DNA of 64,000 nt from a bacterium (GTDB lineage: Bacteria; Patescibacteriota; UBA1384; CAILIB01), in assembly GCA_037131105.1 (NCBI GenBank), contig JBAXRQ010000001.1:130039-194038 (forward strand), given 5' to 3'. Under the pieces are notes generated by a model. It was not told the DNA's origin, searched no databases, and saw only the letters and a list, made by a program, of their open reading frames with translations. A program made the translations under genes and the position numbers. This document shows, one piece after another, positions 30,488 to 40,995 of this stretch. Numbering within the stretch: position 1 is the first letter of the stretch; each line of letters starts with the position of its first letter.

Positions 30488-32668
30488 CTAGTCCTTGATC
30501 TCTTCCATCTCCGCCCAGTTGGTACCAGCCTTGGCGGTTACCTCTAGGGGGACGTCCAGCTTTACCACAGTGGTCATGGCCTCCCGCATGATGGGGACTA
30601 CCTTTTCCTGCTCTTCTACTGGTCCTTCCAATACCAGTTCGTCATGTACAGTCAGTAGGAGCTGTGTCTTCAGTTTTTCTTTCTTTAGGCGGTCGGCCAG
30701 CTCGATCATGGCAAGTTTCAGGATGTCAGCCTCGGTGCCCTGGATAGGCATATTCATAGCCTCGCGCTCGGCAGCGGCCCGCTGGTGGAAGTTGCTGGAC
30801 ATGATCTCGGGGAAGTAGCGACGGCGGCCGTACAGAGTCTCGGCATAGCCCTTCTCGCGGGCATCGGCCTGCACCTTGTCCAGGTAGGTCCGTAGCACCG
30901 AGTAGGTCTCGAAGTACTGGGCCAGGTACTGCTTGGCCTCGGCTACGTTGGTACCGATCTCCCAGGCTAGGCCGTAGGCGCCCTTGCCGAAGAGGATGGA
31001 GAAGTTGATGATCTTGGCCACCCGCCGATCGACACCCATCCTCTCAGCCGTCTCAGTGTGGAAGTCCCTGCCGCTCTTAAAGGCCTGTATCATGACCGGG
31101 TCACCGGAAAGATGGGCGGCGATGCGCAGCTCCAGCTGGGAATAGTCGGCGGCTATCAGGACTTTGTCCTTATCAGCAATGAAGGCCTTGCGCAGGCGCT
31201 TGCCCTGCTCGCTGCGGACCGGGATATTCTGCAGGTTGGGGTCCTTGGAAGAGATGCGGCCGGTGGCGGTCTCAGTGTCGTACGAGGTATGGATACGGCT
31301 GTTCTCGTCCACCATTCCCTGTAGCGGCTTCACGTAGGTGCCCTGCAGCTTGGTCAGCTCCCGGTAATTGAGCAGCACCTGGGCGATGGGGTATTCCTTG
31401 GAAAGTTCGGCCATGGTAGCGGCGTCGGTGGTGTAGCCGCTCTTGCCCTTGCGAATGTTCTTGGTGGGGATGCCTAGTGTCTCATAGAAGGTATGGGCGA
31501 TCTGCTGGGGGGAGTCAGGGTTAAATTCCTCGCCGGCCAGATCGTGGAGCTTACCCTTGAAGCCCTCGATGTCCTTGGTGAATTCCACTTCCAGCTCCTT
31601 CAGGTAGCCGACGTCGGTCTTGGCTCCCAGCTTCTCCATCTCTCGCAGTACCGGCATCAGCCGCTTATCTATCTCCTGGCTCTCGCTCTCATATTCTTCC
31701 TCTTCTGGCTTGGCTTCCTCGACTTCGGCCTCGCCACTGAACACGTCACTGGCGTGGGAGAGCAGGCGGTGCGAGACCGGAAGGTCATTCATGAGGCTCT
31801 TGAAGTTCAGCTTCTTGAAGAGAGCGATGAGCTCGGAGGCGTCAGCCAGCTCCATCTTGCACTTGTCAGGGTCAAAGGTGACCGGTGCGTCAGTGACGAT
31901 AGTGGCCAGCTTATGGCTCAAAAAGGCGCTGTCCTTGTGCTCTTTTAGTTTCGCCAAAACGCCAGCCTTGATGCCGTCAATCTCGCCCTTCTCGACTGCT
32001 TTATACAGATTCTCGATGTCATGAAACTCAGCCAGCAGCTGTTTGGCGGTCACCTCGCCGATGCCTGGTACGCCGGGGATGTTGTCGGAGGGGTCGCCGC
32101 GCAATGCCTTATACTCGATCATCTGGAGGGGGTCGAAGCCGTACTTCTCCCGCACCTTCTCAGGGGTAAACATAATCGGGACTTTGGCGGCATTTACGGG
32201 AGAATATACGTGGACATGTTCGGTCACCAGCTGCAAAATGTCCTGGTCGCCCGTCAGGATCACCACCTCGATGTCCGGATGCTCGGTACTGGCCTGGAGG
32301 GCGATGGTGCCGATGACGTCATCTGCCTCGTAGTTCACCGCCGTATAAATGGGGAATTCCAGCTTTTCAACTATCTCATGGGTGCGCTCGATCTGGCCGG
32401 CCAGGTCCTCGGGCATCTTCTGTCGGGTGGCTTTGTATGACGGGGCGAGTTCATTTCTAAACGTGCCCCCCTTTAGATCGAAGGCGACGGCTACCGAGTA
32501 GGGCTTTAGGGTCTTAATGGTGGAAAGAAGTATGCGGGTGAAGCCGTAAACGGCGCCGACTATCTCGCCGGAAGGAGTGGAGAGCTCCTTGGGAAAGGCG
32601 TGGTAGGCCCGGTAGAGGAGGCCGTTTCCGTCGACTACCAGCAGGCGTTTCTTGGGTTTTTCGCTCAT
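30488..32668 (-). CDS. polA: DNA polymerase I (5'-3' exonuclease plus polymerase; no 3'-5' exonuclease domain)
   Basis: DGNGLLYRAYHA, EADDVIGT, GDPSDNIPG, TGRISS..PNLQNIP, DYSQLELR, VHDEL. Confidence 0.96.
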   Translation of the reverse strand: MSEKPKKRLLVVDGNGLLYRAYHAFPKELSTPSGEIVGAVYGFTRILLSTIKTLKPYSVAVAFDLKGGTFRNELAPSYKATRQKMPEDLAGQIERTHEIVEKLEFPIYTAVNYEADDVIGTIALQASTEHPDIEVVILTGDQDILQLVTEHVHVYSPVNAAKVPIMFTPEKVREKYGFDPLQMIEYKALRGDPSDNIPGVPGIGEVTAKQLLAEFHDIENLYKAVEKGEIDGIKAGVLAKLKEHKDSAFLSHKLATIVTDAPVTFDPDKCKMELADASELIALFKKLNFKSLMNDLPVSHRLLSHASDVFSGEAEVEEAKPEEEEYESESQEIDKRLMPVLREMEKLGAKTDVGYLKELEVEFTKDIEGFKGKLHDLAGEEFNPDSPQQIAHTFYETLGIPTKNIRKGKSGYTTDAATMAELSKEYPIAQVLLNYRELTKLQGTYVKPLQGMVDENSRIHTSYDTETATGRISSKDPNLQNIPVRSEQGKRLRKAFIADKDKVLIAADYSQLELRIAAHLSGDPVMIQAFKSGRDFHTETAERMGVDRRVAKIINFSILFGKGAYGLAWEIGTNVAEAKQYLAQYFETYSVLRTYLDKVQADAREKGYAETLYGRRRYFPEIMSSNFHQRAAAEREAMNMPIQGTEADILKLAMIELADRLKKEKLKTQLLLTVHDELVLEGPVEEQEKVVPIMREAMTTVVKLDVPLEVTAKAGTNWAEMEEIKD

Positions 32669-34047
32669 AGGAGGTTCTTAGATTTCAGCACTTCTTCCAC
32701 CACGTCACGGTCGCTCCACGGCACTTGTTCCTCGCCCACTATCTTAAAGGTCTGGGCGCCCATGCCGGTCAGCAGAATGACATCGTCCAGCTTGCACATG
32801 TCGATGGCTCTCGAGATGGCTTCACGGCGATCTGGAAGCTTCCACCACCACTGGCCTTCGCCGGTCTCATTGACCTCGCGCTTGAAGACAGGCCGCTCAG
32901 CCGGGGCTGGACGATGGCTGGTGCTGTGGAAGAGGGCACGCCCGCGGGGGACTCCCTTGGCCACTTCCTCAATGATACGTAGAGGGTCCTCGGTGTAAGG
33001 CTCCTCATCAGTGACGAAGACGTAGTCGCAGAACCTGGCAGCCAGGGCTCCCATGATAGGACGCTTGGTCTTGTCCCTGTCTCCGCAGCTGCCGAGGATA
33101 GCTATCATCCTGCCGCGCACATCAGGACGAAGGGTCGAGTAGAGCTTTTCCAAGGAGTCAGGGGTGTGGGCGTAGTCCACCATGACGGTGAAGCCCTTCT
33201 TGGTCTCGATCTTTTCCAAGCGACCAGGTACCTGTTTGACGTTAGCGAGACCAGCAGCCAGGGTGTCGAGGCGCAGGTTCAGGTTCCTGCAGAGGGCGGC
33301 AGCGCAGAGAGCGTTCTCGATGTTGAACCTCCCTGGGAGCTGCATCTGGACTTTTACACTCTCATCTTCGTGTTTCATGGTGAAGCTGGAGCCGCCGGCA
33401 TGAGTGGATACTCTCTGGGCGTAGAGGTGATCAGTGGCAGCCTCCAGGGGCTGGTCGGTCTCGGTGCTGTAGCTCCAGCGACGGGGAGCCCGGGTCTTTT
33501 CCAGGAAGAGAGGGCCGGAAGGGTCCTCAGAGTTCACTGCTGCGGCCTTCACTGCCCTGCCCAGGAACAGGCGCAGCTTGGTGTCGCGGTACTGCTCCCA
33601 GTTGGTGTGGTAGTCGAGGTGGTCGTGGGTGACATTGGTAAGGCCAACGTAGCGGAAGGGGATGCCTAGGGTCCGGTACTGGTCAATGCCATGAGAGGTG
33701 ACCTCGATGACCAGCGCGTTGCACCTAGCGTCGCGCATCTGGCGGATGAGCCCTTGCAGCTTCATCACTGGCAGCATGGTCTTGTTCTGCTCATTGGCCC
33801 AGACCTTGTCGCCGATCTTGAAATTCACCGTAGTGGCCATGCCGACAGTGTAACCGGCCTCCTCAAGGATGGAGGAGATGAAATAGGAAGTAGTGGTCTT
33901 GCCCTTGGTACCGGTAACGCCGATTACCAGCATTCCCCTGGCCGGGAAACGGTAATACACGACAGCCCACATAGCCCGCAGTTTGTGGCTGAAGATAATG
34001 GCCCGGTGGGGGAGGTGCTTGCGGAGATAGTTCTTGAGGGGTTTCAT
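32665..34047 (-). CDS. murE: UDP-MurNAc-tripeptide synthetase (MurE)
   Basis: GVTGTKGKTTT, EVTSHG, DHLDYH, PGRLE, VDYAHTPD, GDRDKTKRP.MG. Confidence 0.9.
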   Translation of the reverse strand: MKPLKNYLRKHLPHRAIIFSHKLRAMWAVVYYRFPARGMLVIGVTGTKGKTTTSYFISSILEEAGYTVGMATTVNFKIGDKVWANEQNKTMLPVMKLQGLIRQMRDARCNALVIEVTSHGIDQYRTLGIPFRYVGLTNVTHDHLDYHTNWEQYRDTKLRLFLGRAVKAAAVNSEDPSGPLFLEKTRAPRRWSYSTETDQPLEAATDHLYAQRVSTHAGGSSFTMKHEDESVKVQMQLPGRFNIENALCAAALCRNLNLRLDTLAAGLANVKQVPGRLEKIETKKGFTVMVDYAHTPDSLEKLYSTLRPDVRGRMIAILGSCGDRDKTKRPIMGALAARFCDYVFVTDEEPYTEDPLRIIEEVAKGVPRGRALFHSTSHRPAPAERPVFKREVNETGEGQWWWKLPDRREAISRAIDMCKLDDVILLTGMGAQTFKIVGEEQVPWSDRDVVEEVLKSKNLL

Positions 34048-34982
34048 GCGAATGCGCGTTTGCCGCCGCGTAGTTTTCTGACGGTTTTGTACAGAGTATA
34101 GCAGATCGGATTGAGAATGAGATCATAGGCGCCGGGGTAGTCGATGACGGTGCCGCCGAAGCCTAGCTTGAAGCGGGAGGTACCTACTGAGGCATGGCCT
34201 TCCTTCACTTGCCATTCGCCGGTCTCCGGGTTCTTTTCCAGATCGGTGCCCCAGAAGTCATAGGCGGTATTTCCTTGAGATTGGGCGAACTTGATGGCTT
34301 CGGAGTGGAGGACAAAGGGTGCCATCAGCTGGCGGTTCTGGTCGCTGGATCCGCCGTGCAAGTAGGTGGCGGTGCCGGCATAGGTGATCAGCAGCATAGC
34401 GGCCAGGTCCTGCCCGTCCTTGTGGGCGAAGAGTAGATGGGCTTCATTTTCAGGTTCAAGGGCTGCCAACAGCTGCTCGTAGTACTCGCGGTGGTGGGTA
34501 CGAAAATCTTGCCGCTCGGCGGTGCCGGAAAGTAACTTCCAGAATCGGTCAAAGGCCTTCACTAGATCGTGGCTCACAATATCCACCTTCACCTCATGTT
34601 TCTCGGCCAGCCTGACGTTATATCGGTGCTTCTGGCGCATGCCGGCTAGGATGTCGTCATAGGACTTGGTGAGGTCCAGCACCATGGTCTGGCGGGGCTG
34701 CACGGCCAGGGTGGGGATGAGTTTAAGGTTTTGCTTGGCGGCAAAGGCCCGCAGGTTCTTTAGTGAGACTTCGTCTTCAGGTTCGAATCGCAAAAACCAG
34801 CCCTTTTTCAGCTCTTCAGGCAATGCAAAGTCAGCCCCAATCTGGCAACGAGAGGAGATGTAGTAGTGACTCTTGGGAATGCTGCGGTACAGATAGAGCT
34901 GCCCATCATGGCGGAAAGGACGACTGCCCGCAGTTTCCTGGAAACGTTCCCAGGCAGATGAATGAAGAAAGGACTTAGACAT
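34044..34982 (-). CDS. FemABX-family peptidoglycan bridge peptidyltransferase
   Basis: FL.S..W, K.RYNVRLAEK..V, YLHGGS, YDFWG, FKLGFGG. Confidence 0.9.
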   Translation of the reverse strand: MSKSFLHSSAWERFQETAGSRPFRHDGQLYLYRSIPKSHYYISSRCQIGADFALPEELKKGWFLRFEPEDEVSLKNLRAFAAKQNLKLIPTLAVQPRQTMVLDLTKSYDDILAGMRQKHRYNVRLAEKHEVKVDIVSHDLVKAFDRFWKLLSGTAERQDFRTHHREYYEQLLAALEPENEAHLLFAHKDGQDLAAMLLITYAGTATYLHGGSSDQNRQLMAPFVLHSEAIKFAQSQGNTAYDFWGTDLEKNPETGEWQVKEGHASVGTSRFKLGFGGTVIDYPGAYDLILNPICYTLYKTVRKLRGGKRAFA

Positions 34983-35027
34983 AGCTTTATCCTACCAGGT
35001 CGCTGACTCTGGCGACAGGGGATGTGG

Positions 35028-35534
35028 TTAGTCTTGACTTGCCGTGTAGGCCTTGGCAGCTTCGTGGATGAAGCCTATCTGGCTTTCGACCACGTTGTCA
35101 GGGAAAGGCTCGAGAGGGTAAAAGGTCCCTTGTATTGGTTCGCCAGTCACCTCGACATAATAAATGGATGCTAATTCGGTCCCGCGCTGTACCTTTCGGA
35201 GCACGGTTTTCAGTAGTACGGGTTCAGTCGTAAGCGTACCGCCGAGCTCTTCCTTAAGAATTCTGTCGAAGGCGCCTTTGTAGCTCCCGGGCTCGTCATA
35301 TGCCCTGATCACGGTGCCAGGTGTGTGTAGCATGCCGGCCCAAAGCGGGTCGGACTCCTCGCGCACGAGCATGAGGACCTCTATCCCGGATTCGCTGCCG
35401 TAGCGCAGGGGAACGATCTCAATTATCGGGACGGTGGTCAGGCGCGCCATCTCCATAAAGACGGGTAGGGGAAGCTTACCCGGCTCAAGCTGGGAAAGAA
35501 GGGAGGTCAGGCGTTCTACGTCGTGATGTTCCAT
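35028..35534 (-). CDS. NUDIX-like hypothetical protein
   Basis: W.GM.HTPGTV.R....AF.RI...ELG resembles a degenerate NUDIX box; probable start MEHHD. Confidence 0.55.
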   Translation of the reverse strand: MEHHDVERLTSLLSQLEPGKLPLPVFMEMARLTTVPIIEIVPLRYGSESGIEVLMLVREESDPLWAGMLHTPGTVIRAYDEPGSYKGAFDRILKEELGGTLTTEPVLLKTVLRKVQRGTELASIYYVEVTGEPIQGTFYPLEPFPDNVVESQIGFIHEAAKAYTASQD

Positions 35535-35631
35535 ACTGGAAGGATAGCATATTCCCCTTCTGAGAGGCTTCCCGTAACCTGAAAAATAGAGTAGGATAAG
35601 GGTATGCAAGATGTCCTAACGGCCCCCGACC

Positions 35632-37707
35632 ATGCCTGACTCACCACTGAAAGAAATCGACTTCCCTAAGGCCTACGCCGCTTCCCAGCACGAGCCAGAG
35701 ATCTACGAACAGTGGTTGGCTTCTGATGTCTTCAAGCCCCAGGGTGACGGTGAGCCGTATACCATTGTCATGCCGCCGCCTAATGCCAATGGCAACCTAC
35801 ACATGGGCCACGCATTGATGATCCCCCTGGAGGACGTCATGGCTCGTTATCACCGCATGAAGGGTGATCGTGTGCTCTGGATCCCCGGCTCCGACCATGC
35901 CGGCATCGAAACGCAGGTGGTATTTGAAAAAGTACTGGAAAAAGAGGGCAAGTCCCGCTTCCAGATGACCCGCGAGCAGTTCTACGAAGAGACCATGGCC
36001 TTTACCATGGCTAACAAATCCACCATGGAGTCGCAGGTGCGTGCCCTCGGTGCCTCGTGTGACTGGAGCGTCGAGCGTTTCACCCTGGATCCTCTGGTAG
36101 TCGAAGAGGTCTATGCCACCTTCCGCAAGATGTACGAGGAAGGCCTGATCTACCGCGGCGAGCGTATCGTAAACTACAGTGTCAAATACCGCACTGCCTA
36201 TTCCGACCTGGAAGTGGAGCACGAGGAGCGCCGCGAGCCACTGTACTACATCAAGTACGGTGAGTTTATGGTGGCTACTGCCCGCCCCGAGACCAAGTTC
36301 GTTGACCGCCATATCGTCGTACATCCCAAGGACAAGCGCTACAAGCACCTGATCGGGACCACCTTCAAGGCCATGACCGTGGCTGGTGAGCATGAGTTCA
36401 CCGTTATCGCCGACGAGTCCATCAAGATGGAGTTTGGTACCGGCGCCATGACCATGACTCCTGCCCATGACCCGATTGACTTTGAGATTGCCCAGAAGCA
36501 CGGCATCCCCATTGAACCGGTTATCGGCCTGGACGGTAAGATGCTGCCCATCACCGGCGAGTTTGCCGGTATGAAGGTGGCCGAAGCCCGTACTGCCGTT
36601 GCTGCCAAGATGGAGGAGCTGGGCATGATCGAGAGTATCGATACTACCTATACCCATACGGTTGGCCTCTGCTACAAGTCCCGCCAGCCCATCGAGCCCA
36701 TGGTGATGCCGCAGTGGTACATCAAGGTAGACAGCCTGAAGAAGCGGGCCATCAAGGCCATTGAGAGCGGCGAGGTGGTCTACCATCCTGAGAACTATAA
36801 GAAGATCCAGCTGGACTGGCTGAAGAACCTGCGCGACTGGAACATTTCCCGCCAGATCTGGTGGGGCATTCCGATCAAGGGCGCCATGCCTGACAATCCC
36901 GAGGTGGCTGCCGACGAGGACACCTTCGACACCTGGTTCTCCTCCAGCCAGTGGCCGGTGATCACTGCCAAGCTTGCCGGATACGGGGAGGACTTTTATC
37001 CTACTGCCGTGATGGAGACCGGCCGCGACCTTATCTTCCTCTGGGTGACCCGTATGCTGATGCTTGGTCTCTACCAGACCGGCAAGGTGCCGTTCAAGAA
37101 CGTCTATCTGCACGGCCTGGTGCTCGACGCCAAGGGCAAGAAGATGTCCAAGTCCAAGGGCAACGGGGTCAATCCTATGGAGATGATCGCCAAGTACGGC
37201 GCCGATGCGGTGCGGTACGGCCTTATCGTCGGCTCGTCCGCCGGCTCCGATACTCCTATGCCCGAGGAAAAGCTGGTCGGCGGTCGTAATTTCTCAAACA
37301 AGATCTGGAACATCTCCCGCTTCATCCTTATGCAGATGGGGGACAAGAAGCCCAGTGACCTGCCAAACTACGCCGAGTTGGTGACTGGTGCCAAGGCCCA
37401 GGGCGGCAACCGTCGCATGATCGCCGGGCTGGAGACCCTGGTAAAGGAAACTACCGAACATTTGGAGAAATACCGTTTCGCCCAGGCCCTGCAAGGACTT
37501 CACTCGTTCATGTGGCATCAGCTGGCAGACATGTACCTCGAGGAGGTAAAGGGCAAGGTAGATGATGAGACCCTGGCCATACTTTGGCACACTCTGCTTA
37601 CCTGCCTGCGCCTGCTACACCCCTTCATGCCGTTCGTTACTGAAGCCATTTACCAGCAGCTTCCTGAGGCGGAGGGTCTGCTCATGACCCAGCAGTGGCC
37701 CAAATAA
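35632..37707 (+). CDS. valS: Valine--tRNA ligase (short form lacking the C-terminal coiled coil)
   Basis: PPPNANG.LHMGH, DHAGIETQ, DWNISRQIWWG, KMSKS. Confidence 0.96.
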   Translation: MPDSPLKEIDFPKAYAASQHEPEIYEQWLASDVFKPQGDGEPYTIVMPPPNANGNLHMGHALMIPLEDVMARYHRMKGDRVLWIPGSDHAGIETQVVFEKVLEKEGKSRFQMTREQFYEETMAFTMANKSTMESQVRALGASCDWSVERFTLDPLVVEEVYATFRKMYEEGLIYRGERIVNYSVKYRTAYSDLEVEHEERREPLYYIKYGEFMVATARPETKFVDRHIVVHPKDKRYKHLIGTTFKAMTVAGEHEFTVIADESIKMEFGTGAMTMTPAHDPIDFEIAQKHGIPIEPVIGLDGKMLPITGEFAGMKVAEARTAVAAKMEELGMIESIDTTYTHTVGLCYKSRQPIEPMVMPQWYIKVDSLKKRAIKAIESGEVVYHPENYKKIQLDWLKNLRDWNISRQIWWGIPIKGAMPDNPEVAADEDTFDTWFSSSQWPVITAKLAGYGEDFYPTAVMETGRDLIFLWVTRMLMLGLYQTGKVPFKNVYLHGLVLDAKGKKMSKSKGNGVNPMEMIAKYGADAVRYGLIVGSSAGSDTPMPEEKLVGGRNFSNKIWNISRFILMQMGDKKPSDLPNYAELVTGAKAQGGNRRMIAGLETLVKETTEHLEKYRFAQALQGLHSFMWHQLADMYLEEVKGKVDDETLAILWHTLLTCLRLLHPFMPFVTEAIYQQLPEAEGLLMTQQWPK

Positions 37708-38300
37708 AAAGCTTTTCAGTTCCGAGGAGTCTGGCCATCATCGGTATTGGCCTGGCCATTGGTGTGGTCATCCTCTGGCAGGTGGCTATTCCTTTTCGTG
37801 AGAAGGTCGCCGCACGCTACGTTGAGCGGGGTGACGCCTATCTTGTTGTCCAGGAGTTTGACTCAGCGGCGGGAGAGTACCAAAAGGGGCTCGACTTCGA
37901 CCGGCACAATGCCCAGGCGGCTGAGGGCCTGCGACTGGCGAAGCTCGGTCCCGTCGATGTAGCGCAGTTGCGCGAGTTCTATATTAGTCATAATGCCACG
38001 ACGGTGATTTCCCAGCTGGACAATGCCACCAAGTCCTATCCGAATCCCAAGTCTGCCCTGCAGGCCGGTGTTGATCTCTACGCTAAGCACCAGTACAACT
38101 ATGCCCGTTATCCCATGCAGTCGGCGGTGAAGCTGGACCCGGGCTATCCGGAAGCGTGGAACTATCTGGGGTTGGACTACCAAAAGCTGGCCGAATGGGA
38201 CGCTAGCTATACCACTAAGGCAGAGGAAATGTTCAAGAAGAGAGATGCCTTAACGCCGAATTATTTGGTCCCGGCAGCAAGTCCTTCCCCTACGCCGTAG
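37695..38300 (+). CDS. Membrane-anchored TPR protein
   Basis: N-terminal TM; TPR-like AVKLDPGYPEAWNYLG. Confidence 0.75.
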   Translation: MAQIKSFSVPRSLAIIGIGLAIGVVILWQVAIPFREKVAARYVERGDAYLVVQEFDSAAGEYQKGLDFDRHNAQAAEGLRLAKLGPVDVAQLREFYISHNATTVISQLDNATKSYPNPKSALQAGVDLYAKHQYNYARYPMQSAVKLDPGYPEAWNYLGLDYQKLAEWDASYTTKAEEMFKKRDALTPNYLVPAASPSPTP

Positions 38301-38344
38301 TCGTTTGTTTTATTTCCTGGGGGCTCACTGTATACTTATCCTAT

Positions 38345-38899
38345 ATGTTCGACCACAAGATAGTTATTAGCGGAGCAGCCGCCGGCCACGCCAGCGAAGA
38401 GGGTGACGCCCTCGGCTTTATGGTGGGCCGTGAAGTGGCGGCCCGTGGGGGTATTATCGTTACCGGTGCTACCAGCGGCGTGCCATTCTCAGCCGCCAAG
38501 GGCGCCAAGTCAGTACAGGGCCAGGTCATCGGCTTCTCGCCTGCCCATTCTTTGGCTGAGCATACCAACAAGTACAAGCTGCCCACCGAGTACCACGACG
38601 TCATCTTCTTCACTGGCTACGACTACGCCGGACGTGACGTACTGCTTGTCGATGTGGCTGACGCCATGATTTTGGTGTCAGGTCGTATCGGCTCTCTGCA
38701 TGAGTTCACCTCGGCTTTTGAACGTCACAAAGTGATAGGCCTGCTCCTGCATAGCGGTGGACTGTCGGATGAGATCCCAGCTATTCTTGACCACGCTGGC
38801 AGAGGAAATGGTCATGTCATCTTCCACGAGGATCCTCATACTCTTGTCTCACAGGTTTTTCACGCCCTAGCCGAGCAAAAACACTATGCACCGTCATAA
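38345..38899 (+). CDS. LOG/SLOG family Rossmann-fold nucleotide-binding protein
   Basis: TGATSGVP..AAKGA, G.SPA, GR.GSL.E. Confidence 0.85.
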   Translation: MFDHKIVISGAAAGHASEEGDALGFMVGREVAARGGIIVTGATSGVPFSAAKGAKSVQGQVIGFSPAHSLAEHTNKYKLPTEYHDVIFFTGYDYAGRDVLLVDVADAMILVSGRIGSLHEFTSAFERHKVIGLLLHSGGLSDEIPAILDHAGRGNGHVIFHEDPHTLVSQVFHALAEQKHYAPS

Positions 38900-40289
38900 G
38901 GAGGGCCGACCCTGGCTGATAGCCGCAGTAGGAATGGCTTTTTTTGCATTGACCGTACTGTGCTCGACCGCCGGCATGGCCTACGCCTACCGGGGCAAGT
39001 ACTATCCTGGCGTCCAGGTGGCGGGCATTCAGCTCGGAGGACTTACCAAGTCGGAGGGCGGGACCCTTATCGCCTCTCGGGTGCAGACCTATCTGGCCCA
39101 TCCCTTGAAGGTGGTGTTGCCTGACGTTACCAAGCCGGTGGCCGACACTCCGGGCAGCTATGAGGATCTGACTATCTCCACGACGGCCGGACACCTGGGA
39201 CTGGCCTATGACAGTGCCAAGGCAGCCGACACGGCCTGGTCGGTGGGGCATTCCTATCGTCCTGACACCTGGTTTCGTTCGGTAATCCCAGTGCTGTTTG
39301 CCGGCCATACCACCTCGATAGCCTATACCACCAATACCAAGTCCATCCAGGACTTCATCAACGCTGAGGTGGTGCCGAAGATAGGTACTCCCACTCCGGC
39401 CAAGCTGGCTATCAGCGGCGACCAGGTCACCATTCTGGCTGGCGCTCCTGGCTTCCAGGTGGACCAGGCGGTGCTGCGCCAGGAAGTGGCCTCTAGTCTT
39501 ACGGTGGCCAGCGACAAGGACACCACCTACCTAAAGGCCACCGTTACCACGGTGGACTCGCCCATCACCAAGCAGACTCTCCAGCCCCTGGCCGACCAGC
39601 TTAACCTTCTGGCCAATACCAAGGTGAGCCTGGCTGTCGCCGACCTGTCCCTCACCCCGAACCGGGCCCAGCTTCTCCAGTGGTTCGTGGCAGTGCAGGA
39701 TGACAAGGGCGCTATTACCCTCAACGTGCAGCGTGACGCCGTGGCAAAATATCTAGCCGCCCAGAAGACGCTTGACCAGACCAAGTCACTTGACGCGGTT
39801 ATGGCCAAGCTTACGCCTTTGACCGCTCCTACCGCAAAGCCGGTAGCTACCCTGGCGGTCGCCCTGATCGCCAAACCGGTGAAGGCACCGGTTCCTGACA
39901 ATTACACTCCTGACAAGTTCCCTGGCAAATATGTAGAAGTCAGCTTGGCCCAGCAGAAGATGTACCTGGTCATCGGCAACCAGCTGGTCAAGAGCTACGT
40001 AGTCTCTTCAGGCAAGTGGTCCACCCCGACGCCAGTGGGGACGTACTCCATCCACAGCAAGTCGCCCCGGGCCTATTCGGCTCGCTTCGGACTGTATATG
40101 CCGTACTGGCAGAACTTCCTTGACGGTGAGTACGGCCTGCATGAGCTGCCGGAATGGCCCAGTGGGTACAAGGAAGGCCAGAATCACCTGGGAACTCCGG
40201 TATCGCACGGTTGCGTCAGATTGGGAGTGGGTGACGCCAAAGAAGTTTACGACTGGACCGAGATCGGTACGCCGGTATATATCCACTAG
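38886..40289 (+). CDS. L,D-transpeptidase (YkuD) with N-terminal VanW-like peptidoglycan-binding region
   Basis: VSSG....PTP.G, YGLH, SHGCVRL. Confidence 0.9.
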   Translation: MHRHKEGRPWLIAAVGMAFFALTVLCSTAGMAYAYRGKYYPGVQVAGIQLGGLTKSEGGTLIASRVQTYLAHPLKVVLPDVTKPVADTPGSYEDLTISTTAGHLGLAYDSAKAADTAWSVGHSYRPDTWFRSVIPVLFAGHTTSIAYTTNTKSIQDFINAEVVPKIGTPTPAKLAISGDQVTILAGAPGFQVDQAVLRQEVASSLTVASDKDTTYLKATVTTVDSPITKQTLQPLADQLNLLANTKVSLAVADLSLTPNRAQLLQWFVAVQDDKGAITLNVQRDAVAKYLAAQKTLDQTKSLDAVMAKLTPLTAPTAKPVATLAVALIAKPVKAPVPDNYTPDKFPGKYVEVSLAQQKMYLVIGNQLVKSYVVSSGKWSTPTPVGTYSIHSKSPRAYSARFGLYMPYWQNFLDGEYGLHELPEWPSGYKEGQNHLGTPVSHGCVRLGVGDAKEVYDWTEIGTPVYIH

Positions 40290-40319
40290 CCTTTAAGCAG
40301 TACGTACCACCCCAAGCTG

Positions 40320-40381
40320 CGCCTTGAGACGTGCTCCGGAGGAGTACATAAAAGTTCTCCGAGTTGAACAGCGTTGATTGG
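40320..40381. repeat. REP-like intergenic element, copy 1
   Basis: About 57/62 identical to 45223-45284; GT(G/A)CTCC-GGA-GGAGTAC hairpin. Confidence 0.85.
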
Positions 40382-40476
40382 GGCGGCACATGCTTGCGTC
40401 TCACACGGGTTTCTGGTTAAATAGTTCCATCCTTAGCCATGCCGGATAGGTATGGAATAGGAAAGGGGAATTTTCA

Positions 40477-40902
40477 ATGGCGAAAAGTGCAGCAGGAAAT
40501 GGCAGTCAAAAAGCACCAGTTCTGTTTGTCTCAGCAGCACCCGGGGACTTGGGTGGAGCCCGTGAAGTCTTGGCGGAAGGTACTTGGCTGAAGCATGTGA
40601 CGCTCAGTCAAGCAACTCTACTTCTGGGAGATGCAGTCCGGAATCAGGCCTCTCCCAGGGCTGTCGTGTTTGATCGGCGGCTTACCAACTCTCGACTGCG
40701 TTCTGCCGATTGCGGTACCCATTATGTTGTAAGGTGCATGGAGCTTGCCGTTCTCTGCGGCGCTCCTATTGCGACCATCGGGTCGCCAGGATCCCATGAC
40801 AGCATTATCGGCGAGTTTCTCCGACCGATCGGTGAAGATCGCATCAATGCCTCGACCGTGATCTGGCCGGAAGTTGCCGCACATCTGGAATTGGCCTCCT
40901 GA
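40477..40902 (+). CDS. Hypothetical protein
   Basis: Purine-rich RBS upstream, terminator downstream. Confidence 0.55.
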   Translation: MAKSAAGNGSQKAPVLFVSAAPGDLGGAREVLAEGTWLKHVTLSQATLLLGDAVRNQASPRAVVFDRRLTNSRLRSADCGTHYVVRCMELAVLCGAPIATIGSPGSHDSIIGEFLRPIGEDRINASTVIWPEVAAHLELAS

Positions 40903-40940
40903 CCAGGGCTTTTCCTACCAACCATTTAGTAGTCTGCAGT

Positions 40941-40979
40941 GGCCTTGGATCTGACTCAGATCCAAGGCCCTGTTTTTTT
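40941..40979 (+). terminator. Rho-independent terminator between convergent genes
   Basis: GGCCTTGGATCTG-ACT-CAGATCCAAGGCC followed by a T tract. Confidence 0.85.
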
Positions 40980-40995
40980 ATCGGCACAGGTTATT

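Noticed and set aside
35797-37113. 438-aa minus-strand ORF
   Set aside because: Antisense shadow of valS caused by codon bias; no motifs.
30488-37707. Short PolA (no proofreading domain) and short ValS as pseudogenes
   Set aside because: Reading frames and catalytic motifs are intact; such streamlined forms are usual in reduced genomes.
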